This document shows positions 42,596-54,159 of a stretch of DNA of 64,000 nucleotides, piece after piece. Every line of letters starts with the position of its first letter. Position 1 is the stretch's first letter. The notes below the pieces were generated by a model. It had not been told where the DNA came from and made no database searches. It saw nothing but the letters and a program-made list of their open reading frames with translations. This stretch comes from Escherichia phage vB_EcoM_G2540, in the sequence record MK327936.1. The stretch is one strand, 5' to 3'. The position numbers were made by a program, and so were the translations under genes.

Positions 42596-43228
42596 TCATA
42601 GCTGGCATAATTCGCAATACTCTGGGTCTTCGAGAGGTATCCAACCCGAGTTGAAATACTTTACCATCGATTTAGCAGTTGTATCAGTTATATTTATATT
42701 ACCTTTAACTCTTCGCCATCCAGGAGTTTTACCGTACAGATTAGAGGATAATAATAACACATAATTCTCGTAAGCAATATGAGATAATTTCCAAGACTCT
42801 ATATTAGCTCGTGATGTTTTCCAAGGTCTGAAATCGTCACGGTTCATATAATTAGCCAATCTCATATGCTCTCTAACTTCCGGGTCTTTAGCTGGGTGAG
42901 TTTCACCACTCACACCAAATCCGCCGCCAGCATATACCAGATTAAAATAGTCTGGATTATCTCTGGCATTTACTTCAAGTTGGTATTTTCGCTCTGCTTC
43001 AATAACATCCAAATCATCATCAATTTGAATTATTTTAACGCTCGGTTTTTGAAGCATTACCGCATTTAAAAATCTTTTTTGTTTACACGAACTCCAGTAT
43101 TCCTTTCCGGAAGAGTCATATATTATTCCGTTCTCAAATGAGCAATTTAATTTACTACCGATATAGTAGTATGGCGGAGTCTTATTTTTGACACGGTCTT
43201 CAAATGTAAACCAATATACTATATTCAT
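42596..43228 (-). CDS. segG: GIY-YIG homing endonuclease-like protein (SegG-like)
   Basis: 210 aa; N-terminal VYWFTF...YYYIGSK resembles GIY-YIG; located between 59 and 32. Confidence 0.55.
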   Translation of the reverse strand: MNIVYWFTFEDRVKNKTPPYYYIGSKLNCSFENGIIYDSSGKEYWSSCKQKRFLNAVMLQKPSVKIIQIDDDLDVIEAERKYQLEVNARDNPDYFNLVYAGGGFGVSGETHPAKDPEVREHMRLANYMNRDDFRPWKTSRANIESWKLSHIAYENYVLLLSSNLYGKTPGWRRVKGNINITDTTAKSMVKYFNSGWIPLEDPEYCELCQL

Positions 43229-43229
43229 A

Positions 43230-43883
43230 TCAATACTTGCAAGATTTCACAGTTTCAATGAAAACACTTTTAGCTTTCTGCGAATCAATATTTAAAATTT
43301 TTCTATAAGCCTTTAACTTTATAGAATAATTATTCCAGACTAAATTATCAGTCTGTTCATCATGTTTATCGATTATATTTAAAAACGAATCAAGCAAGAT
43401 AAACGTCTCAAACGAAATTATATTCGATTGAAGTAGTTTAAAAATATAACTTGATTGAACTTTTGGATTATATTCAAAAATTTCTTTAAAAGCAGAAACT
43501 TCAACTTTTTTACTAAAATAATAAATGTTGCGAATATCTTCTTCAAACTTAAATTTAATTTGCTTTAAGCGTCCGATATATTCACGATAAAACACAAGTG
43601 CATCAGCGTCAGAGATGTCACCAATCCAAGCATCTTGGTTAGCAACAAGATTGCTTATAAAGATTAAAGCAAGTTCCTTTAATTTATATTTTTCTGATAA
43701 CTTCTGGAAAAAATACTTATCCCTTCGCTTTTGATAAGCGGCATCAGACACCCGCATGCACCAATTGTACTTAATAACATCATATTTTCCATTCATATGT
43801 TGTTTTATCATTAAGTATAATTTATAAACTGATTTACCATCAATGTATCTTTCACCACCAGCAGGCATGCGGAGTTTAATCAT
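43230..43883 (-). CDS. 59: Helicase loader gp59
   Basis: 217 aa as T4 gp59; synteny 33-59-32. Confidence 0.85.
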   Translation of the reverse strand: MIKLRMPAGGERYIDGKSVYKLYLMIKQHMNGKYDVIKYNWCMRVSDAAYQKRRDKYFFQKLSEKYKLKELALIFISNLVANQDAWIGDISDADALVFYREYIGRLKQIKFKFEEDIRNIYYFSKKVEVSAFKEIFEYNPKVQSSYIFKLLQSNIISFETFILLDSFLNIIDKHDEQTDNLVWNNYSIKLKAYRKILNIDSQKAKSVFIETVKSCKY

Positions 43884-44218
43884 AGTAGAAAATCTAATGT
43901 ATTAGTTTTTTCACAACGAACAACAGAAGGACGTAAAAGATTTTCGTCAATAGCTTCTGACTGAATTTTTTCAATTATACCCGAAGGAATAAATTTAGCA
44001 AATTGAGTTTCAGGAATAGAATTTTCTTCCAAGAATGCTGTCGTAGCTTCAAGATAACTCATTCCAAACTCTTCTACCATTTTTTCAATAATAAATCCGT
44101 TTTCTTGACGATCAAGAAGCTTTGCTATTTCATCCTTTTCTTTCTTAATTGAAAGTTCTTTTTCTGAAAGACCGGTCTCATCGACCGGACGAATATCATT
44201 TAGAGAAAACTGTGTCAT
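43880..44218 (-). CDS. 33: Late transcription co-activator gp33
   Basis: 112 aa from ATG 44218 (MTQFSLNDI...); synteny. Confidence 0.75.
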   Translation of the reverse strand: MTQFSLNDIRPVDETGLSEKELSIKKEKDEIAKLLDRQENGFIIEKMVEEFGMSYLEATTAFLEENSIPETQFAKFIPSGIIEKIQSEAIDENLLRPSVVRCEKTNTLDFLL

Positions 44219-44465
44219 AAAGTTCAACTACCTCTTCAGTTTCAGCTTCAAACACATCACGGTTATCTTTATGATACAAAGCTAATAGACGATTAAACAT
44301 CTTACCATCAACGCCAAGTTCATCTTTGGCACGAATTCGAATATCTTTAATCAGTTCATTATAACCGGAAATTTTCAGTTTATGATCAGATGCTTCTTTA
44401 ATAAATTTAGCCAAGTCTTCGCCATGGATAGCTTCATCAAATTCAACCATTTCTTTTTTAGCCAT
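44196..44465 (-). CDS. dsbA: dsDNA-binding protein DsbA
   Basis: 89 aa as T4 DsbA; synteny rnh-dsbA-33. Confidence 0.75.
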   Translation of the reverse strand: MAKKEMVEFDEAIHGEDLAKFIKEASDHKLKISGYNELIKDIRIRAKDELGVDGKMFNRLLALYHKDNRDVFEAETEEVVELYDTVFSK

Positions 44466-44473
44466 TATTCACC

Positions 44474-45391
44474 TCAAAATTCATTAATGCTATTAGTTAA
44501 TTTAGAAAGACCCGCTTTTACAAAATATGAATAAATTTTGCCACGCGGTGGTAATTTATATGAATTATAGTAATTCACAATGTTTGAAGCAATATTATCA
44601 GGAATATAATCAAAATCAATTAGAACTAAATTTTCTTTATAACGATTATATTCAGATTCTGTGAGAAGCACCTTAGCTTGCTCACGGTCATTAGCAATAG
44701 CTTCAACGATTGAAGTTTTCATTGAAGGAGTTCGTTCACCTTCAACTTTGGTAAACCAAAAGTCAGATCGTACTTTAACTGAAGCAACGTTATCCTTTTT
44801 GTCGCCTTTAAGGATTTTAGTCATACAGTCAATTTCAGCAGAACCGCTTTTAATTTTAACCCATTTCTTGTGCATCGGTGACCATTGCTTAACATTTGGA
44901 TATTTGTGAAGTTGAGTAAAGTCACCGTCCGATGAAATGATTAAAATCTTATGTCCTTCTAAAGAGAACTTTTTAACAAGAACAGCAATGTGGTCATCTG
45001 CTTCATACTTATCAATATCCATAACAATGTATGGCATATAAGCTTTCAATTCATCTATAACTTTATGACTGGATTCAAAATAACCTTCCCAGTCCCAAGT
45101 AGATTCTTCTCGTGCTTTTCCACGGTTTTTCTTGTAATAATACGCGAAATCACGACGCCAATATCCAGATTTCGCGTTATCAATACACAGTACAATTTTA
45201 GTGTATCCAAGCGTTTTTGCTTTTTTGACATTAAACTTAATTGAGTTCAATATCAAATGACGAACCATCGATAAATTAATTTTTTCTTTATCTGGGAAGT
45301 TTACCAGAGCAGTTGAAAGAGCAATTTGACTAAAGTCAATAAAGCAAATTCCTTCTTTGTAATCTTCATCCAGCATCATTTCTAAATCCAT
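44474..45391 (-). CDS. rnh: RNase H / FEN-type 5'-3' exonuclease
   Basis: 305 aa from ATG 45391 (MDLEMM...) with GAGG SD; ORF-track start 45406 is TTG. Confidence 0.85.
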   Translation of the reverse strand: MDLEMMLDEDYKEGICFIDFSQIALSTALVNFPDKEKINLSMVRHLILNSIKFNVKKAKTLGYTKIVLCIDNAKSGYWRRDFAYYYKKNRGKAREESTWDWEGYFESSHKVIDELKAYMPYIVMDIDKYEADDHIAVLVKKFSLEGHKILIISSDGDFTQLHKYPNVKQWSPMHKKWVKIKSGSAEIDCMTKILKGDKKDNVASVKVRSDFWFTKVEGERTPSMKTSIVEAIANDREQAKVLLTESEYNRYKENLVLIDFDYIPDNIASNIVNYYNSYKLPPRGKIYSYFVKAGLSKLTNSINEF

Positions 45392-45420
45392 ATGAACCTC
45401 GTTCAATTAGTGAGATTTCT

Positions 45421-45449
45421 ATTATATACTATCTAAATCTTAAAGTAAA
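45421..45449 (-). promoter_or_regulatory. T4 early promoter for rnh
   Basis: minus strand: TTTACT -35, 17 bp spacer, -10 TATAAT. Confidence 0.55.
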
Positions 45450-45453
45450 CAGG

Positions 45454-45461
45454 TATAAATA
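45454..45461 (+). promoter_or_regulatory. T4 late promoter (TATAAATA) for gene 34
   Basis: Exact TATAAATA 35 nt upstream of the gene 34 ATG. Confidence 0.65.
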
Positions 45462-45495
45462 CTTATTATTGAAAACACAATAGGAGCCCGGGAGA

Positions 45496-48400
45496 ATGGC
45501 CGAGATTAAAAGAAAGTTCAGAGCAGAAGATGGTCTGGACGCAGGTGGCGATAAAATAATCAACGTAGCTTTAGCTGACCGTACCGTAGGAACTGACGGT
45601 GTTAACGTTGATTACTTAATTCAAGAAAACACAGTTCAGCAATATGATCCAACTCGTGGATATTTAAAAGATTTTGTAATCATTTATAATAATCGTTTTT
45701 GGGCAGCAACGGATAATATTCCAAAACCTGCTGGAAATTTTAATAGAATTCGTTGGAAAGCATTACGTACTGATGCCGTATATACAACCGTATCATCTGG
45801 ACCATATCAATTAAAATCCGGAGAAGCAATTTCAGTAGATACATCAGTTGGCAATGACATTGAGTTTACTTTACCACCTTCTCCGCTTGATGGAGAAACC
45901 GTAATAATTCAAGATATCGGTGGAAAACCTGGCATAAATCAGGTTAAAATAAATTCTTCAAATCAGAGTATTGTCAATTTTAGAGGTGAACAGGTACGTT
46001 CAGTTTTAATGACTCATCCAAAGTCACAGATGATATTCATTTTTAATAATCGTTTGTGGCAAATGTATGTTGCTGATTATAGCAGAGAAGCTGCGATTGT
46101 TACTCCATCGACTGCGTATCAAGCACAATCTAATGATTTTATCGTACGTAGATTTACTTCTGCTGCACCAATTAATGTTAAACTTCCGAGATTTGCTAAT
46201 CATGGCGATATTATTAATTTCGTTGATTTAGATAAACTGAATCCACTTTATCATACAATTGTTACTACATACGATGAAACGACTTCAGTACAAGAAGTTG
46301 GAACTCATTCCATTGAAGGCCGTACATCGATTGACGGTTTCTTGATGTTTGACGATAATGAGAAATTGTGGAGATTGTTTGACGGGGATAGTAAAGCACG
46401 TTTACGCATTATAACAACTAATTCAAATATTCGTCCAAATGAAGAAGTCATGGTATTTGGCGCGAATAATGGAACAACCCAAACAATTGAACTTCAGCTT
46501 CCGACTGATATTTCTGTTGGTGATACTGTTAAAATTTCCATGAATTACATGAGAAAAGGACAAACAGTTAAAATCAAAGCTGCTGGTGAAGATAAAATTG
46601 CTTCTTCAGTTCAATTGCTGCAATTCCCAAAACGTTCAGAATATCCGCCTGAAGCTGAATGGGTAACAGTTCAAGAATTAGTTTTTAATGGTGAAACTAA
46701 TTATGTACCAGTTTTGCAACTTGCTTATATAGAAGATTCTGATGGAAAATACTGGGTTGTACAGCAAAACGTTCCAACAGTTGAAAGAGTCGATTCTTTA
46801 AATAATTCTACTAGAGCAAGATTAGGCGTAATTGCTTTAGCTACACAAGCTCAAGCAAATGCTGATTTAGAAAATTCTCCACAAAAAGAATTAGCAATTA
46901 CTCCAGAAACGTTAGCTAATCGTACTGCTACTGAAACTCGCAGAGGTATTGCAAGAATAGCAACTACTGCTCAAGTAAATCAGAACACCACATTCTCTTT
47001 TGCAGATGACCTTATCATCACTCCTAAAAAGCTGAATGAAAGAACTGCTACAGAAACTCGTAGAGGTGTTGCTGAAATTGCTACGCAGCAGGAAACTAAT
47101 ACAGGTATCGATGATACTACAATCATCACTCCTAAAAAGCTTCAAGCTCGTCAAGGTTCTGAAACATTATCGGGTATTGTAACTTTTGTATCTACTGCAG
47201 GAGCTACTCCAGCTTCTAGTCGTGAATTAAATGGTACAAATGTTTATAATAAAAACACTAATAATTTAGTTGTTTCACCTAAAGCTTTGGATCAGTATAA
47301 AGCTACTCCAACGCAACAAGGCGCAGTAATTTTAGCAGTTGAAAGTGAAGTAATTGCTGGACAAAGCCAAGAAGGATGGGCAAATGCGGTTGTAACACCA
47401 GAAACGTTACATAAAAAGACATCAACTGATGGAAGAATTGGTTTAATTGAAATTGCTACGCAAAGCGAAGTTAATACAGGAACTGATTATACTCGCGCAG
47501 TCACTCCTAAAACTTTAAATGACCGTAGAGCAACTGAAAGTTTAAGTGGTATAGCTGAAATTGCTACGCAAGTTGAATTCGACGCAGGCGTCGACGATAC
47601 TCGTATCTCTACACCATTAAAAATTAAAACCAGATTTAATAGTACTGATCGTACTTCTGTTGTTGCTCTATCTGGATTAGTTGAATCAGGAACTCTCTGG
47701 GACCATTATACCCTTAATATTCTTGAAGCAAATGAGACACAGCGTGGTACACTTCGTGTAGCTACACAAGTTGAAGCTGCTGCAGGAACATTGGATAATG
47801 TTCTAATAACTCCTAAAAAGCTTTTAGGTACTAAATCTACTGAAGCACAGGAAGGCGTTATTAAAGTTGCAACTCGGTCTGAAACTGTAGCTGGAACGTC
47901 AGCAAATACTGCTGTATCTCCAAAAAATTTAAAATGGATTGTGCAGAGTGAACCTACTTGGGCAGCGACTACTGCGATAAGAGGTTTTGTTAAAACTTCG
48001 TCTGGTTCAATTACATTCGTTGGTAATGATACAGCTGGTTCAACACAGCCATTAGAATCATATGAGAAAAATGGTTATGCAGTATCACCATATGAATTAA
48101 ATCGCGTATTAGCAAATTATTTGCCATTAAAAGCAAAAGCCGTAGATAGTAATTTATTAGATGGTCTAGATTCGCTCCAGTTCATTCGTAGGGACATTGC
48201 ACAAACAGTTAATGGTTCACTAACCTTAACCCAACAAACGAATCTGAGTGCCCCTCTTGTATCATCTAGTACTGCTACATTCGGTGGATCAGTTTCAGCA
48301 AATAGTACATTAACTATTTCTAATACTGGAACGGCAACTCGTCTGATTTTTGAGAAAGGACCTCAAACTGGAACAAACCCGGCTCAAACGATGACAGTCA

Positions 48401-49365
48401 GAGTGTGGGGAAATCAATTTAGCGGGGAATCAGACACAACACGTTCTACCGTATTTGAAGTTAGTGATGAAACGTCTAGTCATTTTTATTCTCAGCGTAA
48501 TAAAGCTGGAAATATAACATTTAATATCAACGGTACAGTAACACCGATAAATGTTAATGCTTCAGGAACATTGAATGCAAATGGTGTAGCAACATTTGGT
48601 AATTCAGTCACTGCAACTGGTGAAATTATTTCTCGAAGCGCAAATGCTTTCCGTGCTATTAACGGAAATTATGGTTTCATTGTTCGCAATGATGGATCAG
48701 TAACGAATTTTATGCTTACTGCATCGGGTGATCAGACTGGTGGATTTAATGGATTACGTCCAGTATCAATTAATAATCAATCTGGTCAGGTTACAATTGG
48801 TGAAAGCTTAATCATTGCAAAAGGTGCTACTATAAGTTCAGGCGGTTTAACTGTTAACTCGAGAATTCGTTCTCAAGGTACTAAAACTTCTGATTTATAC
48901 ACTCGCGCACCAACATCTGATACAGTAGGATTCTGGTCAATTGATATTAATGATTCAGCCACTTATAATCAATTCCCTGGTTATTTTAAAATGGTTGAAA
49001 AAACTAATGAAGTGACTGGTCTTCCATATTTAGAACGTGGCGAAGAAGTTAAATCTCCTGGTACATTGACTCAGTTTGGTAACACACTTGATTCACTTTA
49101 CCAAGATTGGATTACTTATCCAACGACCCCAGAAGCACGTACCACTCGCTGGACACGTACATGGCAGAAAACCAAAAACTCTTGGTCAAGTTTTGTTCAG
49201 GTATTTGACGGAGGTAACCCTCCTCAACCTTCAGATATAGGAGCGATCCCATCTGATAATGGAATAATAGGTAATCTTACTATTCGCGATTTCTTGCGAA
49301 TTGGTAATGTTCGCATTATTCCTGACCCAGTGAATAAAACTGTTAAATTTGAGTGGATTGAATAA
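45496..49365 (+). CDS. 34: Long tail fibre proximal subunit gp34
   Basis: 1289 aa as T4 gp34; internal ITP(K/E)xL...ATQ repeats; first gene of the fibre operon. Confidence 0.9.
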   Translation: MAEIKRKFRAEDGLDAGGDKIINVALADRTVGTDGVNVDYLIQENTVQQYDPTRGYLKDFVIIYNNRFWAATDNIPKPAGNFNRIRWKALRTDAVYTTVSSGPYQLKSGEAISVDTSVGNDIEFTLPPSPLDGETVIIQDIGGKPGINQVKINSSNQSIVNFRGEQVRSVLMTHPKSQMIFIFNNRLWQMYVADYSREAAIVTPSTAYQAQSNDFIVRRFTSAAPINVKLPRFANHGDIINFVDLDKLNPLYHTIVTTYDETTSVQEVGTHSIEGRTSIDGFLMFDDNEKLWRLFDGDSKARLRIITTNSNIRPNEEVMVFGANNGTTQTIELQLPTDISVGDTVKISMNYMRKGQTVKIKAAGEDKIASSVQLLQFPKRSEYPPEAEWVTVQELVFNGETNYVPVLQLAYIEDSDGKYWVVQQNVPTVERVDSLNNSTRARLGVIALATQAQANADLENSPQKELAITPETLANRTATETRRGIARIATTAQVNQNTTFSFADDLIITPKKLNERTATETRRGVAEIATQQETNTGIDDTTIITPKKLQARQGSETLSGIVTFVSTAGATPASSRELNGTNVYNKNTNNLVVSPKALDQYKATPTQQGAVILAVESEVIAGQSQEGWANAVVTPETLHKKTSTDGRIGLIEIATQSEVNTGTDYTRAVTPKTLNDRRATESLSGIAEIATQVEFDAGVDDTRISTPLKIKTRFNSTDRTSVVALSGLVESGTLWDHYTLNILEANETQRGTLRVATQVEAAAGTLDNVLITPKKLLGTKSTEAQEGVIKVATRSETVAGTSANTAVSPKNLKWIVQSEPTWAATTAIRGFVKTSSGSITFVGNDTAGSTQPLESYEKNGYAVSPYELNRVLANYLPLKAKAVDSNLLDGLDSLQFIRRDIAQTVNGSLTLTQQTNLSAPLVSSSTATFGGSVSANSTLTISNTGTATRLIFEKGPQTGTNPAQTMTVRVWGNQFSGESDTTRSTVFEVSDETSSHFYSQRNKAGNITFNINGTVTPINVNASGTLNANGVATFGNSVTATGEIISRSANAFRAINGNYGFIVRNDGSVTNFMLTASGDQTGGFNGLRPVSINNQSGQVTIGESLIIAKGATISSGGLTVNSRIRSQGTKTSDLYTRAPTSDTVGFWSIDINDSATYNQFPGYFKMVEKTNEVTGLPYLERGEEVKSPGTLTQFGNTLDSLYQDWITYPTTPEARTTRWTRTWQKTKNSWSSFVQVFDGGNPPQPSDIGAIPSDNGIIGNLTIRDFLRIGNVRIIPDPVNKTVKFEWIE

Positions 49366-49373
49366 GAGGTATT

Positions 49374-50489
49374 ATGGAAAAATTTATGGCAGAGTTTGGA
49401 CAAGGATATGTCCAAACGCCATTTTTATCGGAAAGCAATTCAGTAAGATATAAAATAAGCATAGCGGGTTCTTGCCCGCTTTCTACTGCGGGGCCATATG
49501 TTAAATTTCAGGATAATCCCGTTGGAAATCAAACATTTAGTGCAGGTCTTCATTTAAGAGTTTTTGACCCTTCTACGGGAGCATTAGTTGATAGCAAGTC
49601 ATATGCTTTTTCTGCTTCAAACAATACAACATCTGCCGCTTTTGTTAGTTTCATGAATTCTTTGTCAAACAATAGACTTGTTGCTATATTAACTAGCGGA
49701 AAGGTTAATTTTCCTCCTGAAGTGGTATCTTGGTTAAGGGGAGCAGGAACTTCAGTTTTTCCATCAGATTCAGTATTGTCAAGATTTGACGTATCATATG
49801 CTGCTTTTTATACTTCTTCTAAAAGAGCTATTGCATTAGAGCATGTTAAACTAAGTAATAGAAAAAGCACAGATGATTATCAAACTATTTTAGATGTTGT
49901 ATTTGATAGTTTAGAAGACGTCGGAGCGACAGGATTTCCAAAAAGAACTTATGAAAGTGTCGAGCAATTCATGTCAGCAGTTGGTGGAACTAATAACGAA
50001 ATTGCGCGATTGCCAACTTCAGCTGCTATAAGTAAACTTTCTGACTATAATTTAATTCCTGGTGATGTTCTTTATCTTAAAGCACAGTTATATGCTGATG
50101 CTGATTTACTTGATCTTGGAACTACAAACATATCCATTCGTTTTTATGATGCATCAAATGGATATATTTCCTCGACCCAAGCTGAGTTTACTGGGCAAGC
50201 TGGGTCTTGGGAATTAAAAGAAGACTATGTAGTTGTTCCAGAAAACGCCGTAGGATTTACGATATATGCACAAAGAACTGCTCAAGCAGGTCAAGGCGGC
50301 ATGAGAAATTTAAGTTTTTCTGAAGTATCAAGAAATGGCGGCATTTCAAAACCTGCCGAATTTGGCGTCAACGGTATTCGCGTTAATTATGTCTGTGAAT
50401 CGGCTTCACCTCCAGATATAATGGTACTTCCTACACAAGCCTCTTCTAAAACTGGCAAAGTGTTTGGACAGGAATTTAGAGAAGTTTAA
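49374..50489 (+). CDS. 35: Long tail fibre hinge connector gp35
   Basis: 371 aa (T4 gp35 372 aa); synteny. Confidence 0.85.
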   Translation: MEKFMAEFGQGYVQTPFLSESNSVRYKISIAGSCPLSTAGPYVKFQDNPVGNQTFSAGLHLRVFDPSTGALVDSKSYAFSASNNTTSAAFVSFMNSLSNNRLVAILTSGKVNFPPEVVSWLRGAGTSVFPSDSVLSRFDVSYAAFYTSSKRAIALEHVKLSNRKSTDDYQTILDVVFDSLEDVGATGFPKRTYESVEQFMSAVGGTNNEIARLPTSAAISKLSDYNLIPGDVLYLKAQLYADADLLDLGTTNISIRFYDASNGYISSTQAEFTGQAGSWELKEDYVVVPENAVGFTIYAQRTAQAGQGGMRNLSFSEVSRNGGISKPAEFGVNGIRVNYVCESASPPDIMVLPTQASSKTGKVFGQEFREV

Positions 50490-50494
50490 ACTGA

Positions 50495-50520
50495 GGGAGC
50501 CTTCGGGTTCCCTTTTTCTT
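50495..50520 (+). terminator. Rho-independent terminator/attenuator after gene 35
   Basis: GGGAGCC-TTCG-GGTTCCC hairpin followed by TTTTTCTT. Confidence 0.6.
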
Positions 50521-50528
50521 TATAAATA
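50521..50528 (+). promoter_or_regulatory. T4 late promoter (TATAAATA) for gene 36
   Basis: Exact TATAAATA 24 nt upstream of the gene 36 ATG. Confidence 0.65.
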
Positions 50529-50551
50529 ATATTAAAATAAAGGGGCATATA

Positions 50552-51202
50552 ATGGCTGATTTAAAAGTAGGTTCAACTGTAGGTGGATCTGTCATTTGGC
50601 ATCAAGGAAATTTTCCATTGAATTCAGCCGGTGACGATGTACTCTACAAATCATTTAAAATATATTCAGAATATAATAAACCGCAGGCAGCTGATAACGA
50701 TTTCGTTTCTAAAGCTAATGGTGGTACTTACACCGGTCCAATTACTATTAATTACGGGGTAAATAGTTATCTTCAATTAAGTAATAATGAAACCCCCATC
50801 CGAATTCGTTCTGGTGGCGGCACTGGTAATACTCTTGTAGTTGGTGGCTCTTCTGGCGGTATTAGTTTTAGACCAGCAGGTAGTGAAATCACTACTGGAC
50901 AAATTACTATTACGCCAGAAGGTTTGACAACATTTACCAAAGCTGTAACGGCTCCATCTGTAACTGTTACATCTACTCCTTCCGCAGCATCTGATGTTAC
51001 TCGCAAAGATTATGTTGATGGAGCAATAAATACTGTTACAGCAAATGCAAACTCTAGGGTATTACGCTCTGGAGACACTATGACAGGAAATTTAACTGCG
51101 CCAAACCTTTTTTCACAGAATCCTGCATCTCAACCTTCACACGTTCCACGATTTGACCAAATCGTAATTAAGGATTCTGTTCAAGATTTCGGCTATTATT
51201 AA
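50552..51202 (+). CDS. 36: Long tail fibre distal connector gp36
   Basis: 216 aa (T4 gp36 221 aa); synteny. Confidence 0.85.
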   Translation: MADLKVGSTVGGSVIWHQGNFPLNSAGDDVLYKSFKIYSEYNKPQAADNDFVSKANGGTYTGPITINYGVNSYLQLSNNETPIRIRSGGGTGNTLVVGGSSGGISFRPAGSEITTGQITITPEGLTTFTKAVTAPSVTVTSTPSAASDVTRKDYVDGAINTVTANANSRVLRSGDTMTGNLTAPNLFSQNPASQPSHVPRFDQIVIKDSVQDFGYY

Positions 51203-51210
51203 GAGGACTT

Positions 51211-54159
51211 ATGGCTACTTTAAAACAAATACAATTTAAAAGAAGCAAAACTGCAGGTCAACGTCCTGCTGCTTCAGTATTAGCCGAAGGTGAATTGGCT
51301 ATAAACTTAAAAGATAAAACAATTTTCACAAAAGATGACTCAGGCAGTGTTATAGAATTAGGTTTAAAATATGGAGGAACAATTGATGGTTCTTTAACTG
51401 TTAATGGAAATATAATTGGAAATTTAACAGGTAACGCTGCAACTGCAACGAAATTAAAAACAGCACGAAAAATTAATGGTATATCCTTTGATGGGTCAAA
51501 AGATATCACGCTAACTCCATCTGACATAAATGTCAATAGCACAACGTTTATAAAAAATAATGGCGAATTACCTGTTGATGCTAATTTAGATACGTATGGG
51601 CCTGTTGAAGAATATCTTGGAGTTTGGTCGAAAGCAACTTCAACCAACGCTCAACCAGCAAATAAATTTCCAGAAGAAAATGCTGTAGGTGTGCTAGAAG
51701 TATTTGTGGCCGGTCAATTTGCTGGTACTCAGAGATATACAACTAGATACGGAAATGTTTATATTCGTTCCTTGACTGCTACATGGAACGGAGTAAATGG
51801 TCCGTGGAGTGTGTGGCGAAATATTCAATCCGGTACTCGTCCACTGTCAACAACAATTGATCTTAATGATCTAGGAGGCGCTGAACACTTTGGTTTGTGG
51901 CGAAATAGTTCAAATTCCATTGCTACCTTTGACAGAAATTTCCCAGAAGAGGGGTCGTCAGCTCAAGGTCTTTTGGAAGTATATGAAGGTGGAAACTATT
52001 CTCGTACACAAAGATATACAACCAGATTTGGTGTTGTATATACTCGTTGTCTTGCTGCCGCGTGGGATGCTTCCGCGCCTAAATGGGGACCGTGGCAACA
52101 AGTCGGTAATGTCACACCAGCGACTTTCTATGACGGAGATCTGAATGATTTTAAAACCCCTGGGTTATATAATATTTTAGGCACTGATGCCGTTATTAAC
52201 TGTCCTACAGGTGAAGGTTTGCCGACTGTTATTGTTGGTTTGCTGGAAGTTAAACAACGTGCTTCTGGCGGTGCTATTTTCCAAAAATTTACTACTGCCG
52301 GAACGGGTGCAACTACTCGCGATCGTATTTTTGAGCGTGCATATACTGGTGGTGTGTGGGGTGCATGGAACGAAGTATATACATCTTACTCTCTGCCAAT
52401 TACTTTAGGTATGGGTGGTATTAAAACTCAATTAGCGGAGCTAGATTGGCAAACATTTGATTTTGTTCCTGGTAGTATGTTTAGCGTTCCTTTGAACAAA
52501 ATAAAGAACATGCCAGCTAATATGAATTGGGGCACGATTGACGGAAACTTAATTATGTTTTCTGTTGGTCCTAGCGAGCACACCAGCACAGGACGTACTG
52601 TTCAGGTTTGGCGTGGAACTGTATCCCAGACAAACTATCGTTATTTTGTCGTTCGTGTGTTCGGTAATTCTGGAAATAGAACTTGCACAGTTCGCCGTGT
52701 TGTTCTTGAAGATGGATCACATACTTGGACTGCTCAACAAAACTTTAGGGGATTGTTGAATATCACTGCTGCTGTTAATCTTGGTGCTAATCAGAAAATT
52801 TCACTTGCTCCAGGAGCATATATTCAAGCCCCTGCTAGCGGTTCTGGTTCTAATACTTACGCGAATCAGAATACTACCATTGCACCATTATATCAGGCCA
52901 TTGACGATTCAAATAAAAACCAGTTTGCGCCAATTGTTAAACAGAAAAACACTGTAACAAATATTACTATGGCTTCTGGTATGGATATTGCTAGTTCAGA
53001 ATATCGTATCGTTGCTCAGGGTGATTTATCCGCTACTGGAACTACAGCCACTAAATTAGCTACATGGCGTTTCTTGCCGTCTGGCCGATTCATGTCACAA
53101 AGCCGAGTTTATGCTGGCGCAGCATTCTTGAACACTGATGGTAACATTGCTGGTTCAATCTGGAAGAAATACAACGATGCAACCAATTTAGATGCTGCCT
53201 TGAATACTCGCCTAGGTAAAGGCGGTGATACGATGACAGGTCGGTTAACAATCAATGCACCTAATGATTCTATCGTATTATCAACAACTGCTAGTAATTC
53301 TTTGCATATTCGCGGTGACATAGACGGGACTGGTAACTGGTATATTGGCAAGGGTGGTGCTGATAATTCGCTAGCATTTTATAGCTATGCTACTCAGGCG
53401 GCAGTACATATCACAAACAATGGTGAGATTTCGCTAAATCCACAAAATATCGCAATGGTTAACGTTAACCGCGATCGTGTACACATTAACGGTTCTGGAT
53501 GGATTGCTAGACAACCGGGTGATTGGGGCAACCAATGGCGAGTAGAAGCTCCATTATTCGTCGATCATGGTTATGTTTCACAGGATTGTTATTATCCAAT
53601 TATTAAAGGAAGAAGTGTAATCACCAATCAAGGGTTTGTAACTGCCGTCGATCTTGGTATTCGTCGTGTCCCTAACAATTGGGGGCAAGCAATTATTCGT
53701 GTTGGATCTGCAGAGGCATCGCCAGCGGCTGAACACCCTAACGCGGTATTTGAATTTCATTACGACGGTACTTTCTATTCTCCTGGTAATGGTAACTTTA
53801 ACGATGTGTATATTCGTTCCGATGGTCGTCTTAAGATTAATAAAAAAGAGCTAGAAAACGGAGCACTTGAAAAAGTATGTCGACTGAAAGTTTATATTTA
53901 CGATAAAGTTAAGTCTATTAAAGACCGTAGTGTTATTAAACGTGAAGTTGGTATTATTGCTCAGGACCTTGAAAAGGAATTACCGGAAGCTGTATCTAAA
54001 GTTGAAGTTGATGGATCTGATGTTCTGACAATTTCTAACTCTGCTGTGAATGCTCTTTTAATTAAGGCTATTCAGGAAATGAGTGAAGAAATTAAAGAAT
54101 TGAAAACGCCTCTCTTTACTAAAATTGCTCGCAAAATTAGTAAATATTTTAAATTCTAA
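51211..54159 (+). CDS. 37: Long tail fibre distal subunit gp37 (T2-type, with C-terminal chaperone-like segment)
   Basis: 982 aa (T4 gp37 is 1026 aa); conserved N-terminus; C-terminus ...[13 protein letters not shown]...[14 protein letters not shown]... resembles intramolecular chaperone domains. Confidence 0.85.
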   Translation: MATLKQIQFKRSKTAGQRPAASVLAEGELAINLKDKTIFTKDDSGSVIELGLKYGGTIDGSLTVNGNIIGNLTGNAATATKLKTARKINGISFDGSKDITLTPSDINVNSTTFIKNNGELPVDANLDTYGPVEEYLGVWSKATSTNAQPANKFPEENAVGVLEVFVAGQFAGTQRYTTRYGNVYIRSLTATWNGVNGPWSVWRNIQSGTRPLSTTIDLNDLGGAEHFGLWRNSSNSIATFDRNFPEEGSSAQGLLEVYEGGNYSRTQRYTTRFGVVYTRCLAAAWDASAPKWGPWQQVGNVTPATFYDGDLNDFKTPGLYNILGTDAVINCPTGEGLPTVIVGLLEVKQRASGGAIFQKFTTAGTGATTRDRIFERAYTGGVWGAWNEVYTSYSLPITLGMGGIKTQLAELDWQTFDFVPGSMFSVPLNKIKNMPANMNWGTIDGNLIMFSVGPSEHTSTGRTVQVWRGTVSQTNYRYFVVRVFGNSGNRTCTVRRVVLEDGSHTWTAQQNFRGLLNITAAVNLGANQKISLAPGAYIQAPASGSGSNTYANQNTTIAPLYQAIDDSNKNQFAPIVKQKNTVTNITMASGMDIASSEYRIVAQGDLSATGTTATKLATWRFLPSGRFMSQSRVYAGAAFLNTDGNIAGSIWKKYNDATNLDAALNTRLGKGGDTMTGRLTINAPNDSIVLSTTASNSLHIRGDIDGTGNWYIGKGGADNSLAFYSYATQAAVHITNNGEISLNPQNIAMVNVNRDRVHINGSGWIARQPGDWGNQWRVEAPLFVDHGYVSQDCYYPIIKGRSVITNQGFVTAVDLGIRRVPNNWGQAIIRVGSAEASPAAEHPNAVFEFHYDGTFYSPGNGNFNDVYIRSDGRLKINKKELENGALEKVCRLKVYIYDKVKSIKDRSVIKREVGIIAQDLEKELPEAVSKVEVDGSDVLTISNSAVNALLIKAIQEMSEEIKELKTPLFTKIARKISKYFKF

